From contig MU053810.1 of the NCBI GenBank assembly GCA_013239625.1, forward strand, positions 731,432 to 751,431: 20,000 bases of DNA. Reading direction: 5' to 3'. The position numbers and the translations under genes are program-made. The notes beneath the pieces are model-generated. The model ran no database searches. It saw nothing but the letters and a program-made list of their open reading frames with translations, and had not been told where the DNA came from. Source of the stretch: Lama guanicoe (taxonomy: Eukaryota). Every line of letters starts with the position of its first letter. The first letter of the stretch is position 1. This document shows positions 1 to 9,560 of the stretch, one piece after another.

Positions 1-804
1 CAGTGACGTGGGCTTTGCTGCTCTGCCTGCTCTCCCTTGGGCATCCAGGTTTAGCCTGCGGCTGTACAACAGCCCTCAGATGTCCCCTTGTTGTTGGACG
101 GAGACAGGCACACGGGTGCAGAAAAGGGAGCTGGGGTCGCAGAATTGGTTCAGTGTCGGGAAGAGTAGCGTTGGGGGAAATGCAGGTGTCAGAGCCTTTG
201 TCTTTTACTCTCTAAATGTGTTTGTGTGTTCCTGGTAACATTTTTCTTAGAACAGTATGCTCAGACAACTCTAATCCAGTTGCAGTTTAAGAAATTGGTT
301 TGTCATGACAGCTTAGGAATCTATTTTTTGTCAGGAGGAGGGTTCTGTTTTTTAACACCTGTTGAGTTTTTCAGAAATGATGTACAAACCTGTCTGATTC
401 GGTGTAAGATGCTAGGTTGAGCCTGTCCGTAATACCTTTTATTATTGCTGCTAAGATGCAGACGCTGGCTCAGTTAAGAAAGGGGCCATGGACATTTTCG
501 TTTCCTCCTTTTACATTTTCTTAGAGGAGCTTTAAATATATACCATTGTGTTCTTGGTAACGTCTGTTCTCTCTTCTTGTCTCGTTATTAGAATATTTCT
601 ATCTTGACGTTTTTCCATCAACTGCACCTGTCTTAGTGCAGCCTTCCATCCCTGAACAGCATTGTCCCTAATCCCTTCTCCTCTCCGTTCAGATACTGCA
701 ACTGTAGCATCTTTTACTAATTTTTCAATGTTTGGGTGACTTTACAGAATCAGTAAATATGACATTTGCTGCATAAATACTATTTGCAGTAGGATTCACT
801 CCCT

Positions 805-905
805 GCAGCTTACATTCATCCAGCACCTTCCATGGGTTCAGTCCTACACTATGGAAAATTCAAAAGTAAAAGAGTCTTCACTCTCAAGCTTACAGTGCAG
901 TAGGC
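805..905 (-). mobile_element. LINE-2 (L2) 3'-end fragment, highly diverged
   Basis: acattcatccagcacc...gtcttcactctcaagcttacagtgcagtagg resembles the reverse complement of the L2 3' end (attcattc...gagcacctac...ccctcatggagcttacagtctagtgg). Confidence 0.45.
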
Positions 906-1189
906 AACCGAGTCCAGCTACTTGAAAGAGCTAGTTCTGCCCTAGTCTAAGTAGCCAGCGTTTCTTAGGCAGCAGGGAGCAGAAATACAGGGAAACGTGT
1001 TAGCTTACATGTGTGGTAATAATAGATGTGTCTGTGAACACGGAGGCATGCCTTTTTTAGTTTGCTACCAGTTACTCAGTCGTCTTTCAGAATTCTTTGT
1101 TAACTTTCTGTTTTGCTTCCACACACACACTGTGCCTGCCTCCCAGCTTTTCCCCGACACTGGCCTCCCCGAGCCAGCGCTACCTCAGC

Positions 1190-2203
1190 GCTCCGTTCGG
1201 TGCTCTAGGACGCCGTCTTGGCAGCCCTTGGCACTTGGACCCTCCTTTTCTTCTCGGCACACTCTCTTCCCTTGACCTTTGTGGCTCTGCTGTCTTCTGG
1301 TCTCTGTCTTCCCTCTGTGACCTCCGCTTCCTGGCTCCTGACTCTGGGTCGGGCTCGCCTCCACCCGGAGGGCTCGTGTCCCTCGGGCTGGTCCTGAGCG
1401 CTCCTCCCTCACCCCAAGCGCCCTCCGCCCCACCCGGGGCTCAGTTACCATCCACGCCTCCGGCCCGGGCATCACGTTTTAGTTGCTGACTGCACGTCCA
1501 GCTGTCTTCTGAACGGCCACCTGGATGTCCTACTGGAACATCAACCTCAGTGTGTCCCCAGCTTCTCTCCTCTGTCCTCTAGGTCAGTGAGCGGAAGCCC
1601 TGGCCACCCCCTTGTGCAAACTAGAAAAGACAGGTGTATTTTTGACCCTGTCCTCTCCCTCAGCCTCCACATGTGGTTAGCTCACACGTCCTCTGACACT
1701 GCGTAAGCGGCTGTCTCTCTCGTGCCCCGTGTGCTCCACCCCCGCCGCCGAGGTCCTGCATCCAGCTGTCGTCACCCCTCGTCTGGGTCGCTGCCCGCGT
1801 CGGCTTCTCAGTCCCCAGTTTCCGCCCCTTCCACGCCATTCTCTGCTGCACCCACGCTGTCCTTCCTCCAGCGCAAGCCTGCCGCCGGGCCGTGTGAGCG
1901 AGCTGCCCCGCGCACACCCCGCGGGGGCGCCTCTCGGCTTGCGGGGAAAAGGCCAGGCCCCGCAGCCTGGGTGACGCGGCCCCGCGCGAGGCGCGCCGCC
2001 TCGCTGGCCTCCTCTCGCCCTCCTTTCCCCGGCTCCCACCGGGCTGGCCTTTCCGTTCTTCTCGTTAAGCTCTTTTTGCCTCCCTCTGTTTGGGACCCTG
2101 TCGTGCTCTTGCCCCGGACACCTTGTCTTGTTTTCCGTTCTGTCTCCTCCGCAGCTCTTGGTGCCTGGCACAGAGTAGGTGCCTGGTAAGTATTTGCTGA
2201 ATG
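1190..2203 (+). mobile_element. LINE-2 (L2) fossil spanning the RT region to the 3' end, GC/CpG-enriched
   Basis: It ends in gtgcctggcacagagtaggtgcctggtaagtatttgctgaatgga, the typical L2 3' end. Internal L2 motifs include acctggatgtcc...catcaacctcagtgtgtcc and ccattctctgctgca. The 5' part translates to DPPFLLGTLSSLDL..W.LSSL...V.LG.VL, which resembles L2 RT (DHSLLLETLSSLG...W..SYL...GVPQGSVLG). Confidence 0.8.
1700..2060. promoter_or_regulatory. CpG-rich patch (CpG-island-like) inside the L2 fossil
   Basis: Visibly dense CG dinucleotides, e.g. gacgcggccccgcgcgaggcgcgccgcctcgc at about 1973-2004. Confidence 0.55.
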
Positions 2204-3222
2204 GACAGGGGCTTTTAAAAATCTACGTTTAGCCATCTAATAAAAACGTCTTCTTGTGTTACGCTCCCCAACTCTCTCCTTCCCCTTTGTTTTCCTGATT
2301 TTGTGAGACTCCCACCGCTTGGGCTGCCCACTGTACCTGCTTTAAATCTTGTCTTAAAATTATCACTCAAAAAAAAAATCCTAATTTGTCCAGCACTCTT
2401 GAAAATGGCCCTCTGTGAAGTCTTACCGTTTTATGGTGTTTTCAAAGCCAGTGCTCTTAAAATGCTGGTGTGGATGAACATCGTAGAGGAACAAGCTAAC
2501 GAGTAAACTTGGGTTTTTGAGCCTTTCAAGTAGCAAGAGTTCTTTGCTATGTTTTAAACTTGAGTTTTAAGTGAAGAAATGCAGTCATTTGGGAGAACGT
2601 ACGTGATGGGGTGGAGTCTTTTGGTGGCTTGGCTTGGCTTTGTTTTCTTCTGTTTTTAACGCTGGGCCAGACCTGGTAGGAAGGTGTGTGTTGAGAGCCA
2701 TGCTCCTCGGGCATCTGCGTGCTGAGTTCCTGCACAAAGGAGGCAGGAGGTTAAAATCTGCGTGAGGTTTAAGAAACTGCTTTCGGTTTTACTCCTATCT
2801 TGGCTACTACTTTTTTTTTAAGTTACTAATGTTGTTGACATTGTATGACGGATAAAAGGGAAGTTTATTTACAAACTGGTTATTAAAGCATTTTAAAGTT
2901 TTTCTTACCTATGGATTTTGATACGGCTCTCAGACATTAATCATGATGATTTTTATATTTTTCTAATCTGGACTGAAGTAAGGCCGTAAGTTAACATTTC
3001 AGCCCTTTTCGCGGGCAGTAACGCTCTAACAGAGTGTAGGCATTTGCTTATCACGAGTTAAAATGGCAGTAGCGCTGTCCGCAGTGCAACTGTCAGATAC
3101 TCCGTAGTGCGGGACAGGGTTCCCTCCACTCCGCCAGTGTTGATAAAGCCTGTGACCCTCGGCATTCGTGGCGAGTGTTAGCACTGATGTGGTTTGTGTG
3201 CGGCAAGTTCACGTGGCTTATA

Positions 3223-3362
3223 CCAGTGCTCCACAAACCTTAAAAATACGCATTTTAACCATCTCGACTCTTAATTAAACTGCTGGTTCTGATTCGTTGC
3301 TAACAAGCTCCCAGGCGATGTCAAAGCTGCTGGAGTGTGGACTGCACTCTGAACAGCAAGAG
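3223..3362. mobile_element. MER5-family hAT-Charlie DNA transposon remnant
   Basis: cagtgctccacaaacctt...ttctgattc...taacaagctcccaggcgatgtcaaagctgctgg...actgcactctgaacagcaa matches the MER5A layout. Confidence 0.7.
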
Positions 3363-3639
3363 GTTGTAAGAGGCGTGTCTTACTTGCCAACGACCGAGGT
3401 GCTTTTCCTGTCGTTCACTGCGCTTATCCGACGCGCTCTGTTTTAGCCGCTGCTCTGTCTCGACTCCAGGAGAGAGACCTCCTCTTTCTCTCAGGGAATA
3501 GTGGTGTTACTGACCTTTTTCCATTCAGTTCAGCTCTGCCTGACATAACGGACGTATCCAGCTGAAGATACTTTTCCACATTTGCATTTTATTCTTTGAA
3601 AGTTTCTTGCCAATGCAGCTTGCCTTGTGAGAGGCAAAC

Positions 3640-4086
3640 TGTGTTAGTTTGCTGGAGCTGCCGTAAGAAAGCGTGGTGAACTGTGTGACTGAAACCACAG
3701 AGCTGTTGGTCCCACAGTTCTGGAGGCTGAATCCAAGGTCAGGGTGTCGGCAGGGTTGGTTCCTTCTGGGGGCTGTGAGGGATTCAGGCCTCCCTCCCGG
3801 CTTCTGGTGGTTCGCTGGCTGCCTTTGGCCTCCCCGGCTTCCACAGCACCATCCAGTCTCTGGCCGCATCTTCCTGTGGCGTCTTCCCAGCGTGTGTGTC
3901 TGTGTCCAGATGTCCTCTTGTTATGAGGACACAGTCATAACTGGATTTGGGGCTTGTCCTTCTGTCTGGCTTCATCTTAATGAATTACATCTGCAGCGAC
4001 CCTGTCTCCAGCTAATGTCACATTCTGAGGTACTGGGGTTAAACTTCAGCATATAAATTTGGGGGGGACACAGTGCAACCGTAACA
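3640..4086 (-). mobile_element. MaLR solo LTR, MLT1C-like
   Basis: TG...CA ends (tgtgttagtttgctggagctgccgtaa ... ggggggacacagtgcaaccgtaaca). Hallmark motifs cacagttctggaggctg and tcacattctgaggtactggggtta are present. Flanks caaac/cagac give a 5-bp target site duplication with one mismatch. Confidence 0.9.
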
Positions 4087-4323
4087 CAGACCATGAATTC
4101 TCAGCATCTTAGGAAGCAGTTATAGTAGTTGTATGCTGGGCCCACCCCTTCCCGTCACAGTCAGAATTGCTCTCCTTGGTGCCCCTCTGCTCCCCGTTGT
4201 GTCTCAGCCTGGCAGGCGTTGTGCGCTCTTGAGAAGCGCTGCCTTGTCCGCAGACGTCGGTGAACAGTGGCTGGTGGTGTCTGGGGGCCTTTTCTCGCCG
4301 GAGGTTGTCCTCAGTACTAGTCC

Positions 4324-4351
4324 TTTAACGTTGCCCTGTTTGTGCCTCTAG
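4324..4351 (+). other. Branch point, polypyrimidine tract and 3' splice acceptor of the terminal exon
   Basis: tttAAc branch-like motif at 4324-4329, then gttgccctgtttgtgcctctAG (AG at 4350-4351), followed by about 1.3 kb of transposon-free sequence that ends at a strong poly(A) site. Confidence 0.7.
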
Positions 4352-4387
4352 GAGACGCTGATCCAGCAGCACGTGTCATTTCATTAG
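4352..4387 (+). CDS. Possible short C-terminal coding tail of an unidentified upstream gene (phase 0: ETLIQQHVSFH*)
   Basis: Phase 0 after the acceptor gives ETLIQQHVSFH-TAG. Phase 2 gives RR-TGA (ends 4361). Phase 1 gives DADPAARVISLG...DLRT-TAA (ends 4485). The phase cannot be fixed without the upstream exon, and the exon could be entirely non-coding. Confidence 0.3.
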   Translation, partial: ETLIQQHVSFH

Positions 4388-5264
4388 GTCCTGTATCTGA
4401 TGTTGTGGATAGTGGAGTCCTCCAGCAATTGAGTGAGAGCAGTGGACACATCTCAGCATGTCGGTCTAGAGACTTGCGAACTTAAACCTGGGACAGGCTG
4501 GGGCCGTGAGGCGGGAAGAGCAGCCTCTGCCAACACCGGAACAAGCCGACGCTTCCCGACGAGGCGCGAAAGGCCTTTTGTATGGAAACCACGCGAGGGT
4601 TAATCTTCTGTTGAGAATGGCAGTCAAGGAATGAGACGGTTGACTTGACTCCTGAGCAGTTACACTGAGAGGAGCGTCAGTGAGATGACTGAGCCGGAGA
4701 AGAAACGGTTGTGATGGTAATGGTATGGGGGAAACGAACTTGAGGTTAAACTTGATTTGAGTTACAGTGTCTCTGAATTGAACATCCCATGTTGGAAAAA
4801 GATACACTTGGGGGCTCCAGGACTGCAGTAGACAAGCATAGAGCAAGCGGTAAAATCTCCTAGTGAAAGCGCACATGCAGGACAACAAAACGATGAAAGA
4901 CCCACACACAGATAATCCACCAGGAAGGCTTCTGCTTAGGGATTTGTTTCAAGAGGAGCAAGAGATGAGGGAGGAAAACCAGTTTTGTCCATCAGAGTCA
5001 GTAATACAACATTGCCTATTAGGGTAAGAGGAGAACGTGGCGACTAGTGTGCAAAGAGCATGAACCCAGGCGGCGCAGGGGCGTCTGACACCAGCCTGAG
5101 CGCAGGGGTAGGTGAGCCCATTGTAAGTATCATCGAACACAAACAGCGTGCCAGGCAGACGTCACAGAAGACGGACGAAGGACAGCCAGGGGGGTCCGGA
5201 GATTTTGTTGACCTTCATGGGTTTACAGCCTCTGTCTCTCAGCAAAGTGTGGAAACAGTAGAGC

Positions 5265-5303
5265 TTTTCTTTTGCTTTGTTTTTGTTTTGTTTTGTTTTG
5301 TTT
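5265..5303 (+). repeat. (GTTTT)n / T-rich simple repeat in the 3' UTR
   Basis: ttttcttttgctttgtttttgttttgttttgttttgttt. Confidence 0.85.
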
Positions 5304-5617
5304 CTCCTCCCCCCACCCCACCCCCAAATAGAAACGAGGGTTCTTAGTCTGTTTCTGGCAATCTGTTAATTTCTTAGGATAGCTGTCTTTCATTTGCTTT
5401 CCGATAGGCGTAGTAAATTTAGTTGAAGAGCACATCTGTATGCTACAAACTTGATTACATCTTTTCTAGCTATTTTACATTTTTTTCCTTTTTACCATGC
5501 TTCAGTTTCTGCATGTAGAATTAAATAAGAAACAAAAGTTGTAAAGTTGTAACATTTCACATGGAAATGCTGCCCGATCTTCACCAGCTTCAGAAATCTG
5601 ACCTTTGCCGATGCTGC

Positions 5618-5672
5618 AATAAAGTGTTGTAATTTAGATTTGGTGTGGTTGTGTTTTATTTGGTTTGGGTAT
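5618..5672 (+). terminator. Polyadenylation site: AATAAA plus GU/U-rich downstream element
   Basis: AATAAA at 5618-5623. Upstream TGTA (CFIm) motifs at about 5437, 5514, 5540 and 5548. Downstream ttggtgtggttgtgttttatttggtttggg starts at about 5639. Cleavage is predicted at about 5636-5640. Confidence 0.8.
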
Positions 5673-7157
5673 TGGAGACGTATAAATGGGTAAATCAGTA
5701 TCTTCCACAGTCATCTTTGTCCTTTACAAAATAGTGTCAGAGACGATCTCTTTGGCATTTCACTAATAACGTTGCTCTCTTTAGCATCTGTATTTGTATT
5801 GTTCTCCTGGGTGCCTGAGTTACCTTACCTTTGGATCAGTACAAAAAGTGTACAACAGAATAAACATTTTTAGAATAGGCTTGAGGCTGGTTACAATAGG
5901 AAATAAATGTTGGCACCGCACCGTGTAGCTTGAGGCGGTGTTTATGATCTTACCGCGTGTGTGTGGCAGGGCTGATAAACGCCTCGGTAGGACAGGCAAC
6001 TCAGAAAGGAAATCGCGAGAACCAGTGTTTTCAATTTCTTTCCAGGTATTCGTTCCAAGGTGACTTAGACAGTCCAGAAGGTGTGATGTCATTATCCTTC
6101 CTAAAATTTCTAAAATTCAGCTGGGAGTCATTCAAATTTGAAAAGAAAAGACTTGATGAAAAAAATTTCAAAACTCAATTCTGTTAACCCTGTTTTCCAA
6201 ACCTCATCATCGCTGACCTGTATACTGTTGCCTGCTATTCTGTGCTGGGGAGAATGATTTACAAGTTTTGTCATTTTTATATTATTTCTGAGTTTTAGAT
6301 TGTTAGAAGGAACCAGGGATAATTCTTTTGTGTGTCATGCACAAGGCAGAAAATGCCTGAAAATCAGTTACAATAATTCACCTGTGTTCATCTTTCATCA
6401 AGAACGGAGGTCCCTGGCAGGTGTAGCATGTGATGGGAGCCATAAGGAAAGTGGACTAAATAAGGTGGTGCCCATCACTGTACTTTATTCAGTTAGATTT
6501 CTGTAGCAGAGATGGACTGCTGGTGACCAGGTTAGTAATACGAAAGGTTCTGTGTTCACCAAGGAGCTTGTTTATATTTTAAAAAATAAATGGAAAGCCT
6601 CCTGAATTTTGCAGAAGAATTTTGGTCTGTCTTCTGGGCCTCTTTTTCCCCCTTGTGATCCACCAAAGGTAAGCAAATGTTAACAAACCTGATGTTTGCT
6701 GTCAGACGTCTCCCTTTGATTCATTGATGCCTCTTGGGGAACAAATAAGCTAAAAAGGCCTCTGGGCAGCCTTCGGGACCCTTAGGTACCTCTCCAGGTG
6801 AGTCCCTGCACTTGCCCACGAGAGCCGCCCAGGCCCCGTGTGCTCGTTCTCCGTACAGTGGTTACACACCTGACTCGTGCAAAACACAGCGGCTAGACAC
6901 GCCCAGCGAGGAGCCAGGCCAGAGAAGGAGAACGCACTTGAGAAGGACACCGAAAAGCACCAGGGGGGAGGGCGTGGCACAGGTCCCTGAGGGGCCCCAT
7001 AGGATGTTACTTAGTTGTAAATAGAAGAGACCCAATTTGAATTCACTTAAACACGCAGGAGATTATCGCAGGGATCCTGAAGTTTGAAACCAACACAAGA
7101 ATGTCGGGCTTTGGAGATACCTGAATGCAGTCAGGACCCTGAGGCGCGTGCTTCCAC

Positions 7158-7501
7158 TCTAAGTTGGCTCCGGCTGCCGTAACAACCTCACACAGCAGAC
7201 GTTTACTGTACCTCACCGTCCCGGAGGCTGGAAGCCCACGCGCTGTCCGTTTCCCGTGAGGTCTCTCTCCTCGGCCTGTAGCCGCCACCCTCGTGGTGTT
7301 GTCACATGGCCTTAATTCTGCTTCCTTGATGCCTCTTAAAGGGCTCCAGTCCTATTGGATTAGGGCTCCACCCTTCTGACCGCATTTAACCTTCATTACC
7401 CCTTAAAGGCCCCACCTGCAAATGCAGCCACACTGGGGGCCGGGGCTCCTTACCTGTGAATATTAGTGGGGGAGGGGACACACACAATTCAGTCCTGAGC
7501 A
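7158..7501 (-). mobile_element. MaLR solo LTR, MLT1A/MLT1B-like
   Basis: ggctgccgtaacaa...ctcaccgtcccggaggctggaag...agtcctattggattagggctccaccctt...catttaacctt...ggggacacacacaattcagtcctgagca. Confidence 0.85.
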
Positions 7502-8334
7502 CTCATTGTAAACCTGGCTGCCAACAGCTCCTGAGCTGTATTTCATGGCAGTTACAGAAACAGTGTGAGGGACACTGCCGCCAAGTCTGCACACCCACAG
7601 AATTGCTGCCCCACTTGGCAAAGACGTCAGTCCTTGGACCGGTGATCTCTGGTCGGGGGAGGGAGGGGCAGGTTCTATGAAACCGTGGCCGGGAGGCCAC
7701 TTTCCTGTACTCAGGTAATCTGTCATTGGGGTTCTCTCAGGTTTTAAACATGAGGTTTTCCACAGAGCTGTATGTTTATTTCTAGAGTTCGGTTTTTAAA
7801 GAACTCCAGGTGTTTTTACCTATACAGCCTCTCACTAAAGCATCTCTCTCCCTTTGTCTGGCTGGCACCAGGGTGTGGCTGTCCCAGCTCTGTCTGGTGG
7901 TCTTCCCTAGACTTGTTTGAAATGAAAACAAAATGGAGGTGGAATCAATTTTAAAATACTTAGCACGCTGTAAGTAAAATCACGTTTTAGGCATTCTTAT
8001 TTAAATGGTGACTTTCAAAAAACCTTTGCAAGTCCAAAGGACAGTCAGCCAGCTCATCCCAGTAGAAATGCTTCTTTCTGGAGGAGTAACTTTGCAAATT
8101 GCTGGCTTACTACTCAAGTGTATGTGTCCCTGGAAGCAGTCCCAGTTTTACAGTTAACTGGGGAAAGCACTTCAGATCCTGCTGAGCATGTGCACGTGTG
8201 TGTGCAAGTGCTCAGGGTTTTACGCCTGCTTTGGTTTCCAGTGTGATACTGTACAGTCAGTTTTATTGGATTCATGGACTTAAATATTTATACGAATACT
8301 TGGCAACCATTGGGAAGAGAAAGATTGACCCCGT

Positions 8335-8480
8335 TCTGTACATCAGGCGCTGATCTAAGCTCCAAGGACACGGAGGTGGGGGGAAGTCTCTGCCCTCTTG
8401 AGATTTTTAGTAGGGGAGACAGGCATGAAATATGAACAATTCCCTGAAACTGTGACGCTGTCAAGTGCTTACCGCAGCGT
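8335..8480 (-). mobile_element. L2 3' fragment
   Basis: gtctctgccctcttgagatttttagtaggggagacaggcatgaaatatgaacaatt resembles antisense L2. Confidence 0.5.
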
Positions 8481-8529
8481 GTGGTATGTAGAAAGGGTCC
8501 ATTTGGTGGCAGCCACCCTCACTGTGACA

Positions 8530-8690
8530 CCTTTGCTTATGCCCTGTCCTCTGCCAGAAATGTCATCTCCGAGTCCCTGGCTCGTGCTACTTGCCTTTCA
8601 AGATTTAGTTCGTACATCACCTCCTCTGGGAAGCCTTGCTGTCCTCCCTCCCCAGAGTTGATTTAGATGCTTTTCTTGAGCTTCATCAAA
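8530..8690 (+). mobile_element. L2 fragment
   Basis: cctttgcttatgccctgtcctctgccagaaatg...ctttcaagatttagttcgtacatcacctcctctgggaagcctt matches the L2 3' region. Confidence 0.7.
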
Positions 8691-9364
8691 GGGACCTCTG
8701 TGCGCGCCCACCCATGGTGGGGGATGAGATTACAGGAGGGTGGTACTCAGTGGCCGCTTTGCAAAAGAGCCCCTTGTGTGGGAGCAGCAGGCTAGGCGTG
8801 AGGGAGCCCTGTGAAGTGTCCAGCAGATGCTTCCCCCAGACTGCGGGAATCCTGAGGGCATCTCCTCCACCCCTGGAAGCAAGCGCTTGTGGCCACGTCC
8901 TGAACCTCTTGCCCTGCCACGTCCACAGCAGGGCTTCCGCGACTGACCCAAACGCCACTGGACCTCAGACTTGCCGATGGGCTCTCCCTCGTCTGCTTGA
9001 CCAGTTGGGCTCAGGAATTTGAAGAGTGGACACAGGTCCCACGAGTCTGCCATTTCCCAATTCACCCTGACACTGGAGGTGGCCTGGTGCCTTTTGGGCC
9101 AGCATTGGCAGGATGTTTCTAGTCAGGACTGATGAGCAGAGAGCATCAGTCGAGTTCCATGTACTGTTTGCTTTGTAATCTTAAGAGGTGAGCAGGTGGG
9201 CTTCATGTGTCTCCCCGAGAGCTGTGTGCACCTGTATGGACCCTTCTAAGGAGCCCTCAGCCTGGAACATTTCTCACCAGAGGCCCAGAGACAGGAGATG
9301 CCTACTGCATCCAGAGGGACAGGGGGCGCCAGGCTGACACACTCACCCATTCATTAGATGTCTA

Positions 9365-9560
9365 TCGAGTACCAGCTCTGACACTTCCTAATTGTATGAG
9401 CTTGTGTATTTATTGACCTCTAAACCTCAGTCTTCTCGTCTGTAAAATGGGGATAAGTTACTAGGGTTGTATAAGGAATTAACAAGATAATGGACATGCG
9501 GGTCTTAACATCGTGGCTGTTACATTGCTAAGTGCTCCGTAAGGGTTAACTAGTAGTGGT
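9365..9560 (+). mobile_element. MIR SINE
   Basis: Core cctcagtcttctcgtctgtaaaatggggataa, followed by agggttgtataaggaattaacaagataat...taagtgctc. Confidence 0.85.

Larger units (their letters stand above)
4352..5638 (+). other. Terminal exon / 3' UTR of a + strand gene (identity unknown)
   Basis: Bounded by a splice acceptor and a canonical poly(A) site. It lacks recognisable interspersed repeats in an otherwise repeat-dense window, and its distal part is U-rich. Confidence 0.7.

Noticed and set aside
225..700. Internal coding exons after pyrimidine-tract AG sites (about 250, 591, 692)
   Set aside because: No convincing pairing of an open frame with a strong downstream donor. These are consistent with ordinary T-rich intron sequence.
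1660..2236. Overlapping 80-165 aa ORFs on both strands
   Set aside because: These are low-complexity Arg/Pro/Ala/Gly peptides expected from stop-poor GC-rich DNA inside an L2 fossil.
4466..4909. 147 aa minus-strand ORF
   Set aside because: It is antisense to the putative 3' UTR, has a non-ATG start, and shows no recognisable domain or supporting gene structure.
4352..5638. Assigning a gene symbol to the terminal exon
   Set aside because: I do not reliably recognise the peptide tails or the UTR. A BLAST search is needed.
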